Position numbers and translations under genes: made by a program. The notes under the pieces were generated by a model that had not been told where the DNA came from, made no database searches, and saw only the letters and a list, made by a program, of their open reading frames with translations. A stretch of 64,000 nt of DNA from positions 248,001 to 312,000 of IMG/VR virus record IMGVR_UViG_3300046517_002304; one strand, given 5' to 3'. Within the stretch, counting starts at the first letter, position 1. Every line of letters begins with the position of its first letter. Of this stretch, positions 46,654 to 57,132 are shown piece by piece.

Positions 46654-46971
46654 TTATCTTACCGATGGGATATAGGATGTAACCAGATTCTTGAATCCAT
46701 CGTCAACGTCTGAGTTTGCGATTTGCTCTTTAAGAAGATTGACAAGATTCGCTCGCTTAATCTTCTTATCTCTTGCGGCCTGAGTGTTAGGACAATCCTG
46801 TTTCCATTCTATACGATTGAAATTAGGACTCCACGAAACAATACAGCCACAAGCAAACTCACGTTCCTCAAATCCATCCCCGCAAGTATGCACGCTCCGA
46901 CACGATTCAGCCACGATATCGGCGGAACAGGTCGGGCAACTTTCAATATGGGCAATGAGTTTAAGATTCAT
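46654..46971 (-). CDS. Cys-rich hypothetical protein
   Basis: CPTC...HTC...CGC. Confidence 0.7.
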   Translation of the reverse strand: MNLKLIAHIESCPTCSADIVAESCRSVHTCGDGFEEREFACGCIVSWSPNFNRIEWKQDCPNTQAARDKKIKRANLVNLLKEQIANSDVDDGFKNLVTSYIPSVR

Positions 46972-47282
46972 CTGAGTTTCCAGTGTTGCGCCAGGGCATC
47001 GTATCGCCTTATCCGATGAATAGACTGTTCACGACGAAAGGTTTGCAAACGATATCCGATGCGAGTTAATTCTTTATGCAATTCGTTATATTCTTCCAGC
47101 TTTGCTGGCGACGTTGCACGAATGCAGTGAGTATAATCAGCACTTCCATGCTGGCCGATATGCTGATATGACTGGCAAGTATGAGATTCGTTAGTTCCCG
47201 GCAATTCAGGGAACAGAGCGAAGATTTCGCCGTCTTTATCTTTTCGGAAGATGACTGCCGTGAGCGGTTCGGTTGTATTCAT
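46968..47282 (-). CDS. Hypothetical protein (ALFP...Y.HIGQH motif)
   Basis: ATG 10 nt after octamer. Confidence 0.75.
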   Translation of the reverse strand: MNTTEPLTAVIFRKDKDGEIFALFPELPGTNESHTCQSYQHIGQHGSADYTHCIRATSPAKLEEYNELHKELTRIGYRLQTFRREQSIHRIRRYDALAQHWKLR

Positions 47283-47298
47283 AATTGTTAAAGGATAA

Positions 47299-47493
47299 CT
47301 ACTTCGCTTCTACAGTAAATTTATAATCGTCAACCGTTAAGTTAGGATGATCGGAGGTAAGCATCCCGCGATGTGCTGCGGTTTTTACGAGGTCTCTCAA
47401 AACCTGCTCGCATTCGGTCGGATCGGGATGAGTTGTCGTTTCGCTGCGAAACTTAACCGTCAGCTTTAACTCAACTGCTTGAATGCGAGGCAT
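47299..47493 (-). CDS. Hypothetical protein
   Basis: Stop in octamer. Confidence 0.6.
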   Translation of the reverse strand: MPRIQAVELKLTVKFRSETTTHPDPTECEQVLRDLVKTAAHRGMLTSDHPNLTVDDYKFTVEAK

Positions 47494-47495
47494 GC

Positions 47496-47744
47496 TTACA
47501 CTTCCGCTTCTGGTCGGATGCAAAGAGGTTTTGTGTGGGGAGCGCCACTAACAATCTTGCCAGTCTTGCGATTAAAAACAAGAATCGTTTCGCAGATATC
47601 AACCTTGATAAGTTTTTTTGTAACTGTAGCAACCTTGCCGTCCCAATCCCCGCCGTATAATCCAGTATTGGTATCAGCGTAGAACACTCTAACTTCGTCA
47701 CCACGTTGGCGAGAGTTAGCTTTAATTGGTGGGAGTGATTGCAT
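47496..47744 (-). CDS. Hypothetical protein
   Basis: Packed ORF. Confidence 0.6.
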   Translation of the reverse strand: MQSLPPIKANSRQRGDEVRVFYADTNTGLYGGDWDGKVATVTKKLIKVDICETILVFNRKTGKIVSGAPHTKPLCIRPEAEV

Positions 47745-48030
47745 TTTTCTTATTCTTATGTTCGTTGCAGCACTTTGCTGAACAGAATGCGTTTGGATGT
47801 TTTTTCATTTCACCGCAATTAATACAAGGCTTCGCAGGATAAACTGGTTTACTTCTGCCTCCACCGCCATAACCCAGCACTCCCATATAAGGCATACCAA
47901 CTAATGCAGCAGCCAAACTAAGATGCATTCGTCCTACTCTGGACAATGCCGATGAGCGAGTAGGATGAATTTCTACTGTATCGTTTCCAGATGTGATTGT
48001 CTCAACCGTATCAGACAAAGCATGCTCCAT
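47722..48030 (-). CDS. Protein with C-terminal CxxC...FCSxxC finger
   Basis: CINC...FCSAKC. Confidence 0.6.
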   Translation of the reverse strand: MEHALSDTVETITSGNDTVEIHPTRSSALSRVGRMHLSLAAALVGMPYMGVLGYGGGGRSKPVYPAKPCINCGEMKKHPNAFCSAKCCNEHKNKKNAITPTN

Positions 48031-48205
48031 TAAGTTTGGGGTTTATAACTTATAATGGATAACTAAGGCTCAAATCCAGTTCCGTCCATAACATCACAAG
48101 CCGCCGCATAAATTTCAGCCATGCGTTCTGCCAGCGTTTCAGGCGATTGATTAGGATCGGACGCACCTTGAATTCTATACAGTGCCATGAGAATTTCGTA
48201 GCTTG

Positions 48206-48775
48206 TCATGGTCTTCCTTTCAGCTTGTAATTCGGAAGTGATTGCTTATCAACATACTTACACGTATCAATAGCAATCACCGAATCAGGACCGTAAAAAC
48301 AAGATTCCATTTCGTTTGCGTCTTCCTCTGTTTCTGGCATCGCCATATTGTCAAACATCCACTGAATAACTTCATAAAAATTTCCTGTGACGGGCTGAGT
48401 AACATGCACAGTTAATTTTTTAACAGGAGCAAGTCTGGTATGCTGCGTCTTAAGAAGATACAATAAATTTAGGTCATTGATAGATTGAATAGATTGTCTT
48501 GACGACAGCATCCCATCTTGCCAGTTTGTTTTCTTGCTACTAAGCCAATCATACTTGCACAGAACAATAGTATGAGGCTCTGTGATAAAATGAGCGTATG
48601 ATGGTTGTCTGACCATTTCGCAGATGCGAGCAACGTCAGACTGGCGAGCGAAAAATGCTCTGTTATATCGCATAAAGTTAAACATATTTCGCAATCCGTG
48701 AGTAGCAAGGATTGCGAAGTTGAACCGATTAAGCGGTCCCTGATCTAAGTATGTTGGTTCGGCGAGTGTAATCAT
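48206..48775 (-). CDS. Hypothetical protein
   Basis: 189 aa; ATGA-coupled. Confidence 0.75.
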   Translation of the reverse strand: MITLAEPTYLDQGPLNRFNFAILATHGLRNMFNFMRYNRAFFARQSDVARICEMVRQPSYAHFITEPHTIVLCKYDWLSSKKTNWQDGMLSSRQSIQSINDLNLLYLLKTQHTRLAPVKKLTVHVTQPVTGNFYEVIQWMFDNMAMPETEEDANEMESCFYGPDSVIAIDTCKYVDKQSLPNYKLKGRP

Positions 48776-49128
48776 GGGAGCGGAGCTACGTCGGCAGAGT
48801 TACAGGCAATGGTATGAACCAACTCCAAAGGAATATCTCCTCTCCCTAATAGACATGAAACTTTAATGATATGCTGGCCTTCATCGTAGCCGATGATTTC
48901 GCCATGCCCCTCAACGCCGCTTACGAAAAAATTAACTTTATCACCGATGGTTGCTTGTGTATCATCGGTGATATCGTGTGCCGTAATAACTTCGGGAAGA
49001 TATTCAGTTAAGGTTCTAGCCGATACTTCAAGCATCGGCCTATGTTTAACCTTGCCGTCTTCGCTAAAAGCAGAATGCAACTGGCGAAGCAAACTGATCG
49101 GAATGAGGATTTGTTCGTCGTTATTCAT
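48772..49128 (-). CDS. Hypothetical protein
   Basis: ATG 10 nt after octamer. Confidence 0.75.
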   Translation of the reverse strand: MNNDEQILIPISLLRQLHSAFSEDGKVKHRPMLEVSARTLTEYLPEVITAHDITDDTQATIGDKVNFFVSGVEGHGEIIGYDEGQHIIKVSCLLGRGDIPLELVHTIACNSADVAPLP

Positions 49129-49332
49129 GATTGATTACGGATAACTACTTTCGCAAAAAGAGAGTAGAGCCTGTCTGAACGTATGTTCCGTTTTCAGATT
49201 TAAAATAAAGCCACATACCATCTTTGCGTATCGCCAGCAACCCATTAGACAAATGGCGAAAACTATTTACGTGGTAACGATGAAGGATGCCTGAGACGCT
49301 GGTCATGGTGTCGCCTTATTGTTACTAGAACA

Positions 49333-49512
49333 TCAACCAATCGGTTCAACTTCCAGCACCTCAACCGTGCGGTCAAGGGTATTTCTCCGACACTTTGCGA
49401 GATTGTCGCTTCCCGCTTCACGAACTTCTTCCTCTACGTCGTCAATGCAATCAGCTTCAATTTCATAGACTGCCCGCATATCTTGACGAATGATGACACG
49501 AAACAAAGGCAT
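49333..49512 (-). CDS. Hypothetical protein
   Basis: SD GGAG before MPLFRV. Confidence 0.6.
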   Translation of the reverse strand: MPLFRVIIRQDMRAVYEIEADCIDDVEEEVREAGSDNLAKCRRNTLDRTVEVLEVEPIG

Positions 49513-49543
49513 GTGATTTCTCCAGTTGATTATTAAGGGATAA

Positions 49544-49756
49544 CTAGCGGGGCCTGTTTCGCATACGTGATGCAGAGGCAAGCCGCTTGATTCGGTTGCG
49601 ACGGAATCTTTCGTTCTTAGAAATGGGACTACGCGCCCGCAACCATCCCGACTTACCGTAGGGATTACTCTGCAAATGCGGTTGACCGCACATGACGCGA
49701 GCAATCGTGTCGGCATAGTATCGGGTGCCGCACATTTCAATCATATCTGGCATCAT
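49544..49756 (-). CDS. Small basic protein
   Basis: Octamer-bounded ORF. Confidence 0.6.
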   Translation of the reverse strand: MMPDMIEMCGTRYYADTIARVMCGQPHLQSNPYGKSGWLRARSPISKNERFRRNRIKRLASASRMRNRPR

Positions 49757-49796
49757 GCGTATGTTCCTTTATGAGTGTTGATTTGTTAAAGGATAA

Positions 49797-50816
49797 CTAG
49801 CGGGGGGTCAACGTCGTTGTCTGGAAATTCGTGATGTTATCGTTTTCCGCCTTGCCTTCAAAATCCATCGGCACAATGTTCGGATCAGTAGGTTGAACTA
49901 CAGGCCGATACATGGAAAGGAATTTCGTTATGACTGCCTTAGTCACGATCTTTAACTGCTGCGGCGTATAAGTCGCCACAACCGCCGGTGGAGGCATCTT
50001 AGCGTTAGAGTCATACAATCCGCCATCCCCGAGAACTCCGTCAAGTCCCGGAGCGATGATCTGGAAACCTTGCGGCTTGAATGGCGTAGGCGTTTTGAAT
50101 GGGTCAATGTTGGGAAGCATGTAAGGGATGACCGATCCATCGGGAACGCTCACGCCAAACATTGCTTGCATGGCGGCTTTTGAGTTTGAATCGAAGTTCC
50201 GCTTAGATACATAAAAATCATTGTAGTTATAAACAGAGCCGTCATACGAACTATAATAAACAATCGGATCGGTATCTTCGGTGCCGCTCATTGTGTATTC
50301 GCGGAACCCATCGCCGTCATAGTCGCGTAGCCGACTCGGCATAAATTCGTAGATGATCTGCTGGCGATTTGTGGATACGGCGAACGGATTCGTTATCATT
50401 GAGGCGAACCCGCTTGGAGTCTTGCCGTTGTCAAATGTGCCGCCCAAAAAGAACACGAGACATTCAGCACCGTCAAGAAATGTCGGCTGGTCAATCGTTC
50501 CATTCCTGTTAATATCGTTATTAACAGTGAAATCAAACATCGGCCACATTTGAGTAATCTGGTATTTTGCCGATGGATAGGATGCCCAATCAGAAGCATT
50601 TTCGCAGAGCGTAATCCCGCTTGGAGGCTGGACACCATAGCGGATTTTGAAAATTGAAATTGCATTGTCAAGCTGAGCAACTTCAATGCGAGATGCGGCG
50701 ATCATCGCTCTTATCCGCACGCCGTTGACAGCGGGGACAAGGAGGCCCATGAGAACAAGAATTACGCTAATCACAATGATTAGCTCAACCACAGTAAACG
50801 CCTTGCGATTCTTCAT
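49797..50816 (-). CDS. Prepilin-type N-terminal cleavage/methylation domain protein (type IV pilin/pseudopilin-like)
   Basis: RKA^FTVVELIIVISVILVLMGLL; AECLVFFLGG; FQIIAPGLDG; DNITNF. Confidence 0.85.
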   Translation of the reverse strand: MKNRKAFTVVELIIVISVILVLMGLLVPAVNGVRIRAMIAASRIEVAQLDNAISIFKIRYGVQPPSGITLCENASDWASYPSAKYQITQMWPMFDFTVNNDINRNGTIDQPTFLDGAECLVFFLGGTFDNGKTPSGFASMITNPFAVSTNRQQIIYEFMPSRLRDYDGDGFREYTMSGTEDTDPIVYYSSYDGSVYNYNDFYVSKRNFDSNSKAAMQAMFGVSVPDGSVIPYMLPNIDPFKTPTPFKPQGFQIIAPGLDGVLGDGGLYDSNAKMPPPAVVATYTPQQLKIVTKAVITKFLSMYRPVVQPTDPNIVPMDFEGKAENDNITNFQTTTLTPR

Positions 50817-50862
50817 AGCGATCTTTCTGTAAGTGAGGTTCAAGATGATTGTTAAAGGATAA

Positions 50863-51243
50863 CTAAGAGAGGATATGCTTGATATCAGAAATGGTTTCCA
50901 AAACGAAAACCATTGTCGGAAAAATCAAAGGGTCTACCACAAATATAAACATGCTATAGAGCATGATGCAAAATTGAAATATGTTTAGTCCCTTCATGGT
51001 TTTGCAGGCAGTCTCTACCCGTTTCCTGTTGTAGACGATGGCCATTGCCGCGATGACAATAAAGGACAATTTAATTTTTACGCCGATCAAACCCATTATG
51101 CCGTTATTGTTGATGTGTGCTTCGGCGAGAGGATTGGCTTCGTAGAACGTATTCCCTTTGTTAATGACCGTCGCAACAGTCATAACAACGTCCATTGATT
51201 GAAGGAACAGGAACAGCAAGAAATGTTTGACGAGCGTTTTCAT
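50863..51243 (-). CDS. DUF5658-like membrane protein
   Basis: D...T...EANPL...K with several TM segments. Confidence 0.6.
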   Translation of the reverse strand: MKTLVKHFLLFLFLQSMDVVMTVATVINKGNTFYEANPLAEAHINNNGIMGLIGVKIKLSFIVIAAMAIVYNRKRVETACKTMKGLNIFQFCIMLYSMFIFVVDPLIFPTMVFVLETISDIKHILS

Positions 51244-51263
51244 ATTTGATAACGGATAACTAA

Positions 51264-51470
51264 TTAGAAGTTTTCAGGAAGCCATTCTCCTAAATCTTTA
51301 ATCATTTTGATAAATGGTGCAATTTTTTCCTCTAGCTGTTGCGGCGTAATGACGCCAGCGGCAGCATTAGATACATTGCCCTCAAGGCCCATGAGGATTG
51401 CAGTGAGTTGCATTTTAGGCGTAGGCTGACGCCAGAGTGGATTAAGTGTTTTCATAAATTCCACATCCAT
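51264..51470 (-). CDS. Hypothetical protein
   Basis: ORF in cluster. Confidence 0.55.
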   Translation of the reverse strand: MDVEFMKTLNPLWRQPTPKMQLTAILMGLEGNVSNAAAGVITPQQLEEKIAPFIKMIKDLGEWLPENF

Positions 51471-51908
51471 CGGCCATGAATTGTTATGTAATTAATCCAG
51501 TCGTGTTCATTCCAATTTCCCGTATACACTGGCGGGGGAGAAAATAGATATTTGCCAGCTCTGTATAGCTGGACTTTATCATCGTAAGATAGGACTACCA
51601 TTTTTGAATGATATCTGTAAGTCGCCAGTAGGCGAACAAAAGAGCGAATGGGAGGAGAAACATTTCAACCTCAATCCATGTTTCGCAAAAGACTTGATTA
51701 ATATCTTTGAGTAGTTCTTTCATTTCAAAAACCTGCCAGCATCAAATCGCGGGTTGTTGAAAAGTAGAAATAAAGTTCGTGGTCTAAGTATGCCAACACA
51801 TATTGACACACTTCACCACTAGGAACATCAAACGTATCGTTGTAGCTGTTCCAGATTTGAGGATTGCTTTTAGGCATTGGATTTTCTTTCTTATCTGGTA
51901 AGGGATAA

Positions 51909-52148
51909 CTACTTACTCCATCCTCTTTCCCACGCTGACGCTTCATCTGCATAAAGCATTCGGTCGTAAATATCACTTTTCTTATAAGGATTTTTGAATT
52001 GCTCTCCACTCATTTTAGTAGAGTAGGCGTCTTCCTCAATCTTAACCAACACTGATTTTCTCGCTTGCATAAACCTTGCGTAATCGGAAAATGCGAACCC
52101 CGCAAATCCAAAAACTAACACGCCAGCGATTATGATTGACGGTCGCAT
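51909..52148 (-). CDS. Membrane-anchored Rmf-like protein
   Basis: TM + NPY...WERGW. Confidence 0.55.
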   Translation of the reverse strand: MRPSIIIAGVLVFGFAGFAFSDYARFMQARKSVLVKIEEDAYSTKMSGEQFKNPYKKSDIYDRMLYADEASAWERGWSK

Positions 52149-52288
52149 ATTTTATAAGGGATAACTAAGGTTGCCCAATCCGTCCTCATTGAATTTTCAG
52201 TCAGTCGACTAAACTTACTAATTCTCCGAATGTTGATTGTCAGATCTGGGAGTTTTATGACCTGATCTTCACCCTTGGCAATCCGTCG

Positions 52289-52561
52289 TTATTCTTCGTC
52301 GGAAATGGTTTTGTTGTTGGCCGTGATTTCAAGTCCGGGAAACGGCGATCCGTCTCTGCCGATTTTCTGGACCGTTTTGAATTTCGCTGGAGCAAAATTG
52401 CTGTTCATATAATTATTAAATGCCGTGTTGTTTCGGCATCGCATACGAACGTGCTTTGCAAACTTGGTGAGGAACCAGAGTTGTTCAGCAGTAGCATCCT
52501 TCACCGAAAATCCAAAAGCCGATTCAAAAGCGGTTGTGAAATCTTTGCCAGTAAAGTGCAT
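52289..52561 (-). CDS. Hypothetical protein
   Basis: AAGGA SD before MHFTGK. Confidence 0.65.
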   Translation of the reverse strand: MHFTGKDFTTAFESAFGFSVKDATAEQLWFLTKFAKHVRMRCRNNTAFNNYMNSNFAPAKFKTVQKIGRDGSPFPGLEITANNKTISDEE

Positions 52562-52602
52562 GGTTCGGTTCCTTTTGTTAATTGACAAATGAAAAGGGAT
52601 AA

Positions 52603-52809
52603 CTATTCGCCGAACATTCCGATGTCGTGGGCAAGACAATCCTTCAAATCAGAAGAAGTATCCGTAAGTTGCACGCCGTTCCCCGACCAAACTTGCACAT
52701 TTAATTTTCCATTAACAATCGTTGTTCTGAGGATACAGCAGAGCCGTTTCCCGTTCACAACTCGGAGAATAGATTGTTCGTCAGTCAATGTTTGTGCGAT
52801 GATGTTCAT
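52603..52809 (-). CDS. Hypothetical protein
   Basis: ATG 10 nt after octamer; stop in octamer. Confidence 0.65.
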   Translation of the reverse strand: MNIIAQTLTDEQSILRVVNGKRLCCILRTTIVNGKLNVQVWSGNGVQLTDTSSDLKDCLAHDIGMFGE

Positions 52810-52829
52810 AGTTTCTAATGGATAACTAA

Positions 52830-52863
52830 AAACTGCCGTGTGGGAATTCCCACACGGCAGTTT
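52830..52863. terminator. Perfect 34-bp palindrome, probable terminator of ParB-like gene
   Basis: AAACTGCCGTGTGGGAA|TTCCCACACGGCAGTTT. Confidence 0.7.
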
Positions 52864-52888
52864 AAACATCCTACCATCACTGCCGAGA

Positions 52889-53902
52889 CTAGGCAGCGTC
52901 GTCTTCGGTCGCCACAGGCAGAGCCTTGTAACGCTGATTCGCCATCTTGCTGATGATGAACCGAACACGCTCAATCCCTTCAAGTGCGTCCATGCTCTCA
53001 GCCAGCTTCGTCAGCTTGCTGGTATTGAGGAGCAATTCCTTCATTTCGCCGAGCGTCTTTGCCTTGGCACGAGCCTTGCTGTTGCCAGCTTCGGTTTCGT
53101 CGGCACCGTCAGTCGCTTCCACCTTCTTGATGAGGCCACGCTTGACGAGGATAGCGGTGTATCCCTTCTTGCCGTCAGCAATGTCCTGGCGATCCTGATC
53201 CGTAACCTTGTCGTCATGCAGCAACGCAAAGTTGCGAGCCTGCTGCTGATTCGGCTTCGGCGGCTGACCCTTCACCGACTTCTGGAAGAGTCCAAGTTTG
53301 CTGGCGATGTCCTTGTAGGACAGTCCCGCAACCTTGTTCAGCCGTGCGGCCTGTCGGCCCAAATCCACAGGCGACAATGCCTTGCGGAAGGTGTTTTCAG
53401 CGACCGAAAACTGTTCGGCCTTGACCTGATCCACCGTCAGCACCTTGACTTCAATCTCGTCGTCCGAAATCTCAGGCGACATGATGTGAGCGGCGGTCTT
53501 CGCAATGAAGCGGCGAGCACCCCACACAATGTTGTATTCGCCATTCGTGGAATGAACCACGCCGATGGCCTGCAACTGACCGTCAGTCAGCAGTTCCTGA
53601 GCGAACGCCCACAGCGCCGGCTCCTTACGCAAACGCTTGACGAAATCAGCTTTCGTCTCTTCGGTGGCGGTGTCGCCCCAGGCGAGGTCGCGGAGAACCT
53701 GTCGGTTATCAACAACCTGCTTCGGCGATTCGCCTTCGGGAAGAACTTCGCCCTCTGCCAGCGGCAGATCGTAGGTGGGAACGAGTTCCGTCTTGAACAG
53801 AACTTCGTCCATTCCCAAGTTTTCAAAGTGTTCGCGGGTATTCTTCCCGTCGTCGCGGGCGAACCCAGTGATCTTGGACAGCTTCAGCTTCTGAGTACTC
53901 AT
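52889..53902 (-). CDS. ParB/Srx-family protein with HTH
   Basis: GQLQAIGV...IVWGARRF...AENTFRKALSP...LSYKDIASKLG; SD GGAG before MSTQK. Confidence 0.8.
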   Translation of the reverse strand: MSTQKLKLSKITGFARDDGKNTREHFENLGMDEVLFKTELVPTYDLPLAEGEVLPEGESPKQVVDNRQVLRDLAWGDTATEETKADFVKRLRKEPALWAFAQELLTDGQLQAIGVVHSTNGEYNIVWGARRFIAKTAAHIMSPEISDDEIEVKVLTVDQVKAEQFSVAENTFRKALSPVDLGRQAARLNKVAGLSYKDIASKLGLFQKSVKGQPPKPNQQQARNFALLHDDKVTDQDRQDIADGKKGYTAILVKRGLIKKVEATDGADETEAGNSKARAKAKTLGEMKELLLNTSKLTKLAESMDALEGIERVRFIISKMANQRYKALPVATEDDAA

Positions 53903-54118
53903 CGTCTTGTTTCTCCGTATGAGAGTTTGCCATGTATCTTTGGGAGCGAAGTCGGACGACTTCTTATTAACTCCCCCTTGTCTCTTCTTCTGTTGATGGA
54001 TAACTAAGAGAGTATTTCTTAACAACCCATCCTTCCCATCCCGCCAAAACTAAGTTAGCTGCTCATGTTGCCGCGTCTCCTGTTAAGAGTGAAACTTTTG
54101 AATTTGATTTCCGATACC

Positions 54119-54373
54119 CTACGGATAACTAACGACGACATTTTTGCCGTCTTTTCTAAGAGTATAAAGAGCAAACTTAGCAAGCATCAGTATATCCCAA
54201 TTAACTTCAAAGTTGATACCCGCTTCTACGATATCGTTTCTAGAAACGATAATTTGAATTTCTTCGGGGTCTTCCGAATACCTTACAGCATGGATTGCAA
54301 CGCCAAGAGCTAAAACAGAACTGGCATGTTGCCATCTCATGCCACTTTTTGCGATGATGAAATAGGTATTCAT
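54119..54373 (-). CDS. Hypothetical protein
   Basis: Follows variant octamer. Confidence 0.6.
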   Translation of the reverse strand: MNTYFIIAKSGMRWQHASSVLALGVAIHAVRYSEDPEEIQIIVSRNDIVEAGINFEVNWDILMLAKFALYTLRKDGKNVVVSYP

Positions 54374-54388
54374 GATGCGTTGTGATAA

Positions 54389-54655
54389 CTAATTGTTACT
54401 TTTAGATGACGATGCATCTGATGTTAAATCAATTAGTAATGCAATAATAATTAGTAAAGTCCATCCTCCAGAGACTTCATGATTATTGTAAATCATCGCA
54501 GCGATATATGCGAGTGTAGTATATGGAACTAAGAGAAAACCAATAAATGCCCACAAGCAACTCATTGATTGCGAAATAACGTTTGTAAAAACCGCCAGCA
54601 CCAATAAAACCAATCTTGGCATAAGTAAGCCAAGTATTACGGCTAAGCAAGGCAT
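54389..54655 (-). CDS. Small integral membrane protein
   Basis: SD ACAGGAG; PR.....P.TTLAY; about 3 TM segments. Confidence 0.7.
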   Translation of the reverse strand: MPCLAVILGLLMPRLVLLVLAVFTNVISQSMSCLWAFIGFLLVPYTTLAYIAAMIYNNHEVSGGWTLLIIIALLIDLTSDASSSKSNN

Positions 54656-56127
54656 TTTATTTCTCCTGTTTCCATCGCCAATGAAACTTATTAGTAGAAG
54701 TGGCCGACACCCATTCGGCATGACCTTTATTTACAGAATCAATTTGCCACCATAAATCCATTGCCAATGCCGATACGAACATCCACAGTATAATATAGAG
54801 AAGCCGAGATAGTTTGCTTGTATCTTTCATTGGCTTACATTAGGTTCGCGGCAGCAGCAAGACCGATTAATCCCAACACCGTAACCACCAATCCCCAAAA
54901 AGCCATTTGCTTACTGCCAAGGTCGATATAGTTAAAAAATGCCACCGTCATTCCACCTAATGCGATGGATATGGACGTAAAAATTAGAAACGCTTGCATG
55001 ATTTTAATCCTTAATTTTTGGTGATGTTAAGAACTTGCAATTAGAAGAGTGTTCACTTAAACCCTTCTTAAACCATTGCTTACACTTCCTGCACTGGCCT
55101 TCGCAGCATGCTATAATATGCAGCATTCCGCCTTTATGGCATTGGCACTTACATATAACAGAAATAGTTTTGTTTTGAGTTTGCACGGTTTCAGTCCACG
55201 CCGCAATGGATAACTATAGTCCTGCGTCCTCTGCTGCTATTAATGCTTTAACTAAACTGCGATATCTTTTATTAATCGTCGGGCTTAAAAAGTTTTCTGG
55301 CACTTCACGAAGTTTATTTGTGGTCCGCTGACACAACCAGCGTAAGCGATCACTACGCTTTGTCCATTTACGATTTGTGATGTTTTCTTTATCTGCACCA
55401 AAAATCATGCCACGGCCCTCATTCGCAGGCTACATTTTGACGATAGTATATTACACATATATGAGGAGAAGAAAATGAAGAAATATTTTATACTAGGGGC
55501 TATTGCTGCTTGTGGTTTCGTGTGGTACTACTGGATTGAGTCAAATATGCTTTTTATTTATTGGAGCTATAACCTACGTGGCTGGCTTGCAGATGTGATT
55601 CGGCCTTAAAGCACGCATCTCTTCCCACGAATAATTGTGCAGCGCCAGTTTCGCTTTGCCACAATTAGAAACCAGTCGGATACGCCGCTCATGATTTCTC
55701 TCGCGGCAAACTCCAGCAGGGACACCGGCACACATTGCGGCTTGCAATTTGCGGTATGGTTATAAACTTTATGTGTGGAGAAAATGTTATTCATGGTACA
55801 CCGATTTTCGCCACAGCTCAACATGCGGCGGATCAACGTCGTCAAACCACTCTCCCATTTGCTCAATAGCTTGTTGCACAGAAAAAGCTTTGATATAATA
55901 ACCAACTTTTCGCCAATGGTGGAGCGCACGGTAGCCGATGACATTTCTTGTGCAACGATATTCATTCATTGCGGCACACAGTATTTGCTAATGAGAGAAA
56001 TCAAAAGTCCTAGCCAACCGATAATGCACAGAACAAGAATTAAAAGAAACATTGAAAGGCATCCATGCAAGATGCCGCCAAAGTTATTCGGTGGAAGTTT
56101 CATGATGCACAAACTTTGCACAAAGTT

Positions 56128-56379
56128 CTACACAAAATAAATATAAACTACGGTTCCGAACGCACCACTTAAAACTGTTCCTACCCAAAAAAGTCGCTCT
56201 TGCTTAGATGAAAAACCAATTCCCATACTTAAGTATAATTTGTCTAACCAAGGGTCATTTCTTGCTCTGTTATAAAATCTGCCCCAAGTAGCCGTACCTG
56301 CCATCATAAATAACGAAACCGAGAGAATCCAGCCGGTTGCGGCGATCATGAAAATGTATGGGAATGGTTCGTTGTTCAT
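56128..56379 (-). CDS. Membrane protein
   Basis: Two hydrophobic segments. Confidence 0.6.
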   Translation of the reverse strand: MNNEPFPYIFMIAATGWILSVSLFMMAGTATWGRFYNRARNDPWLDKLYLSMGIGFSSKQERLFWVGTVLSGAFGTVVYIYFV

Positions 56380-56383
56380 TATT

Positions 56384-56683
56384 TTACTTCACAAAAAACC
56401 ATTGTGCGGCGATGCACACCACAATGCTGCTTATGACACCAAGTAAGATGCATGCAAACACCCCTATTTGAGCTGCGCCTGTGATGGCATTCCAAAAATC
56501 CTCCCCAAACCATTGGGTGCCTCTTCCCAGCAAACAAGAATAATTCTTAGAATAGGCTATCTTGCCTGGCATGGAATCATTTGTTTCTTTCCACTCAATA
56601 ATTTCTCTGAATCCAGCTCCAATTTCTGCGATGATATAAAGAATAAAAGCAAGAAGGAAAAGAGCCAGTGGAAGGTAAAACAT
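56384..56683 (-). CDS. Membrane protein
   Basis: Two hydrophobic segments. Confidence 0.6.
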   Translation of the reverse strand: MFYLPLALFLLAFILYIIAEIGAGFREIIEWKETNDSMPGKIAYSKNYSCLLGRGTQWFGEDFWNAITGAAQIGVFACILLGVISSIVVCIAAQWFFVK

Positions 56684-56905
56684 TTTGTTTCTTTCTGAAA
56701 GTTAAAGGAATTCTGTGCAGGACCGCAATTAGCCCTGCACAGAATTGTCCACACTATGTTTTATCTATCATTCGCTGAACCACAGCACGACAGCGAACTA
56801 TACCGGCATGCGTATTTAGTGTCGCTGAATCCCAGTCTGTATTCATGCCGGAGAACACAGAAGATTGCTAGACTCAACAACGATCTTTTTATGTGATAGG
56901 GATAA

Positions 56906-57127
56906 CTAATAAAGCAGACTCAACACAAATAAAAGGAGTAAAACTGCGGACGCCATAAAAAACCAGTCATTTAATTTTTGGTATGACTTATGTTTTAGGA
57001 CTGCATTTTTTTTATCTTTGCACCAAATATAAGTTGCATCCCGAAAAAACCTCTCGGCAGACCTACCAAATGATACATTCAAAGCAATACTGACACATAG
57101 CAACATGAGTATGATATAGGCCAGCAT
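56906..57127 (-). CDS. Membrane protein
   Basis: Two TM segments; stop in octamer. Confidence 0.6.
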   Translation of the reverse strand: MLAYIILMLLCVSIALNVSFGRSAERFFRDATYIWCKDKKNAVLKHKSYQKLNDWFFMASAVLLLLFVLSLLY

Positions 57128-57132
57128 CAGCG

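Noticed and set aside
52838-54007. 389-aa + strand ORF
   Set aside because: Antisense shadow of the ParB-like gene.
12954-54025. N-terminal extensions containing 'SYP(L)' in many ORF-track entries
   Set aside because: These are the octamer read in frame; better starts lie downstream of the motif, so SYP is not a protein motif.
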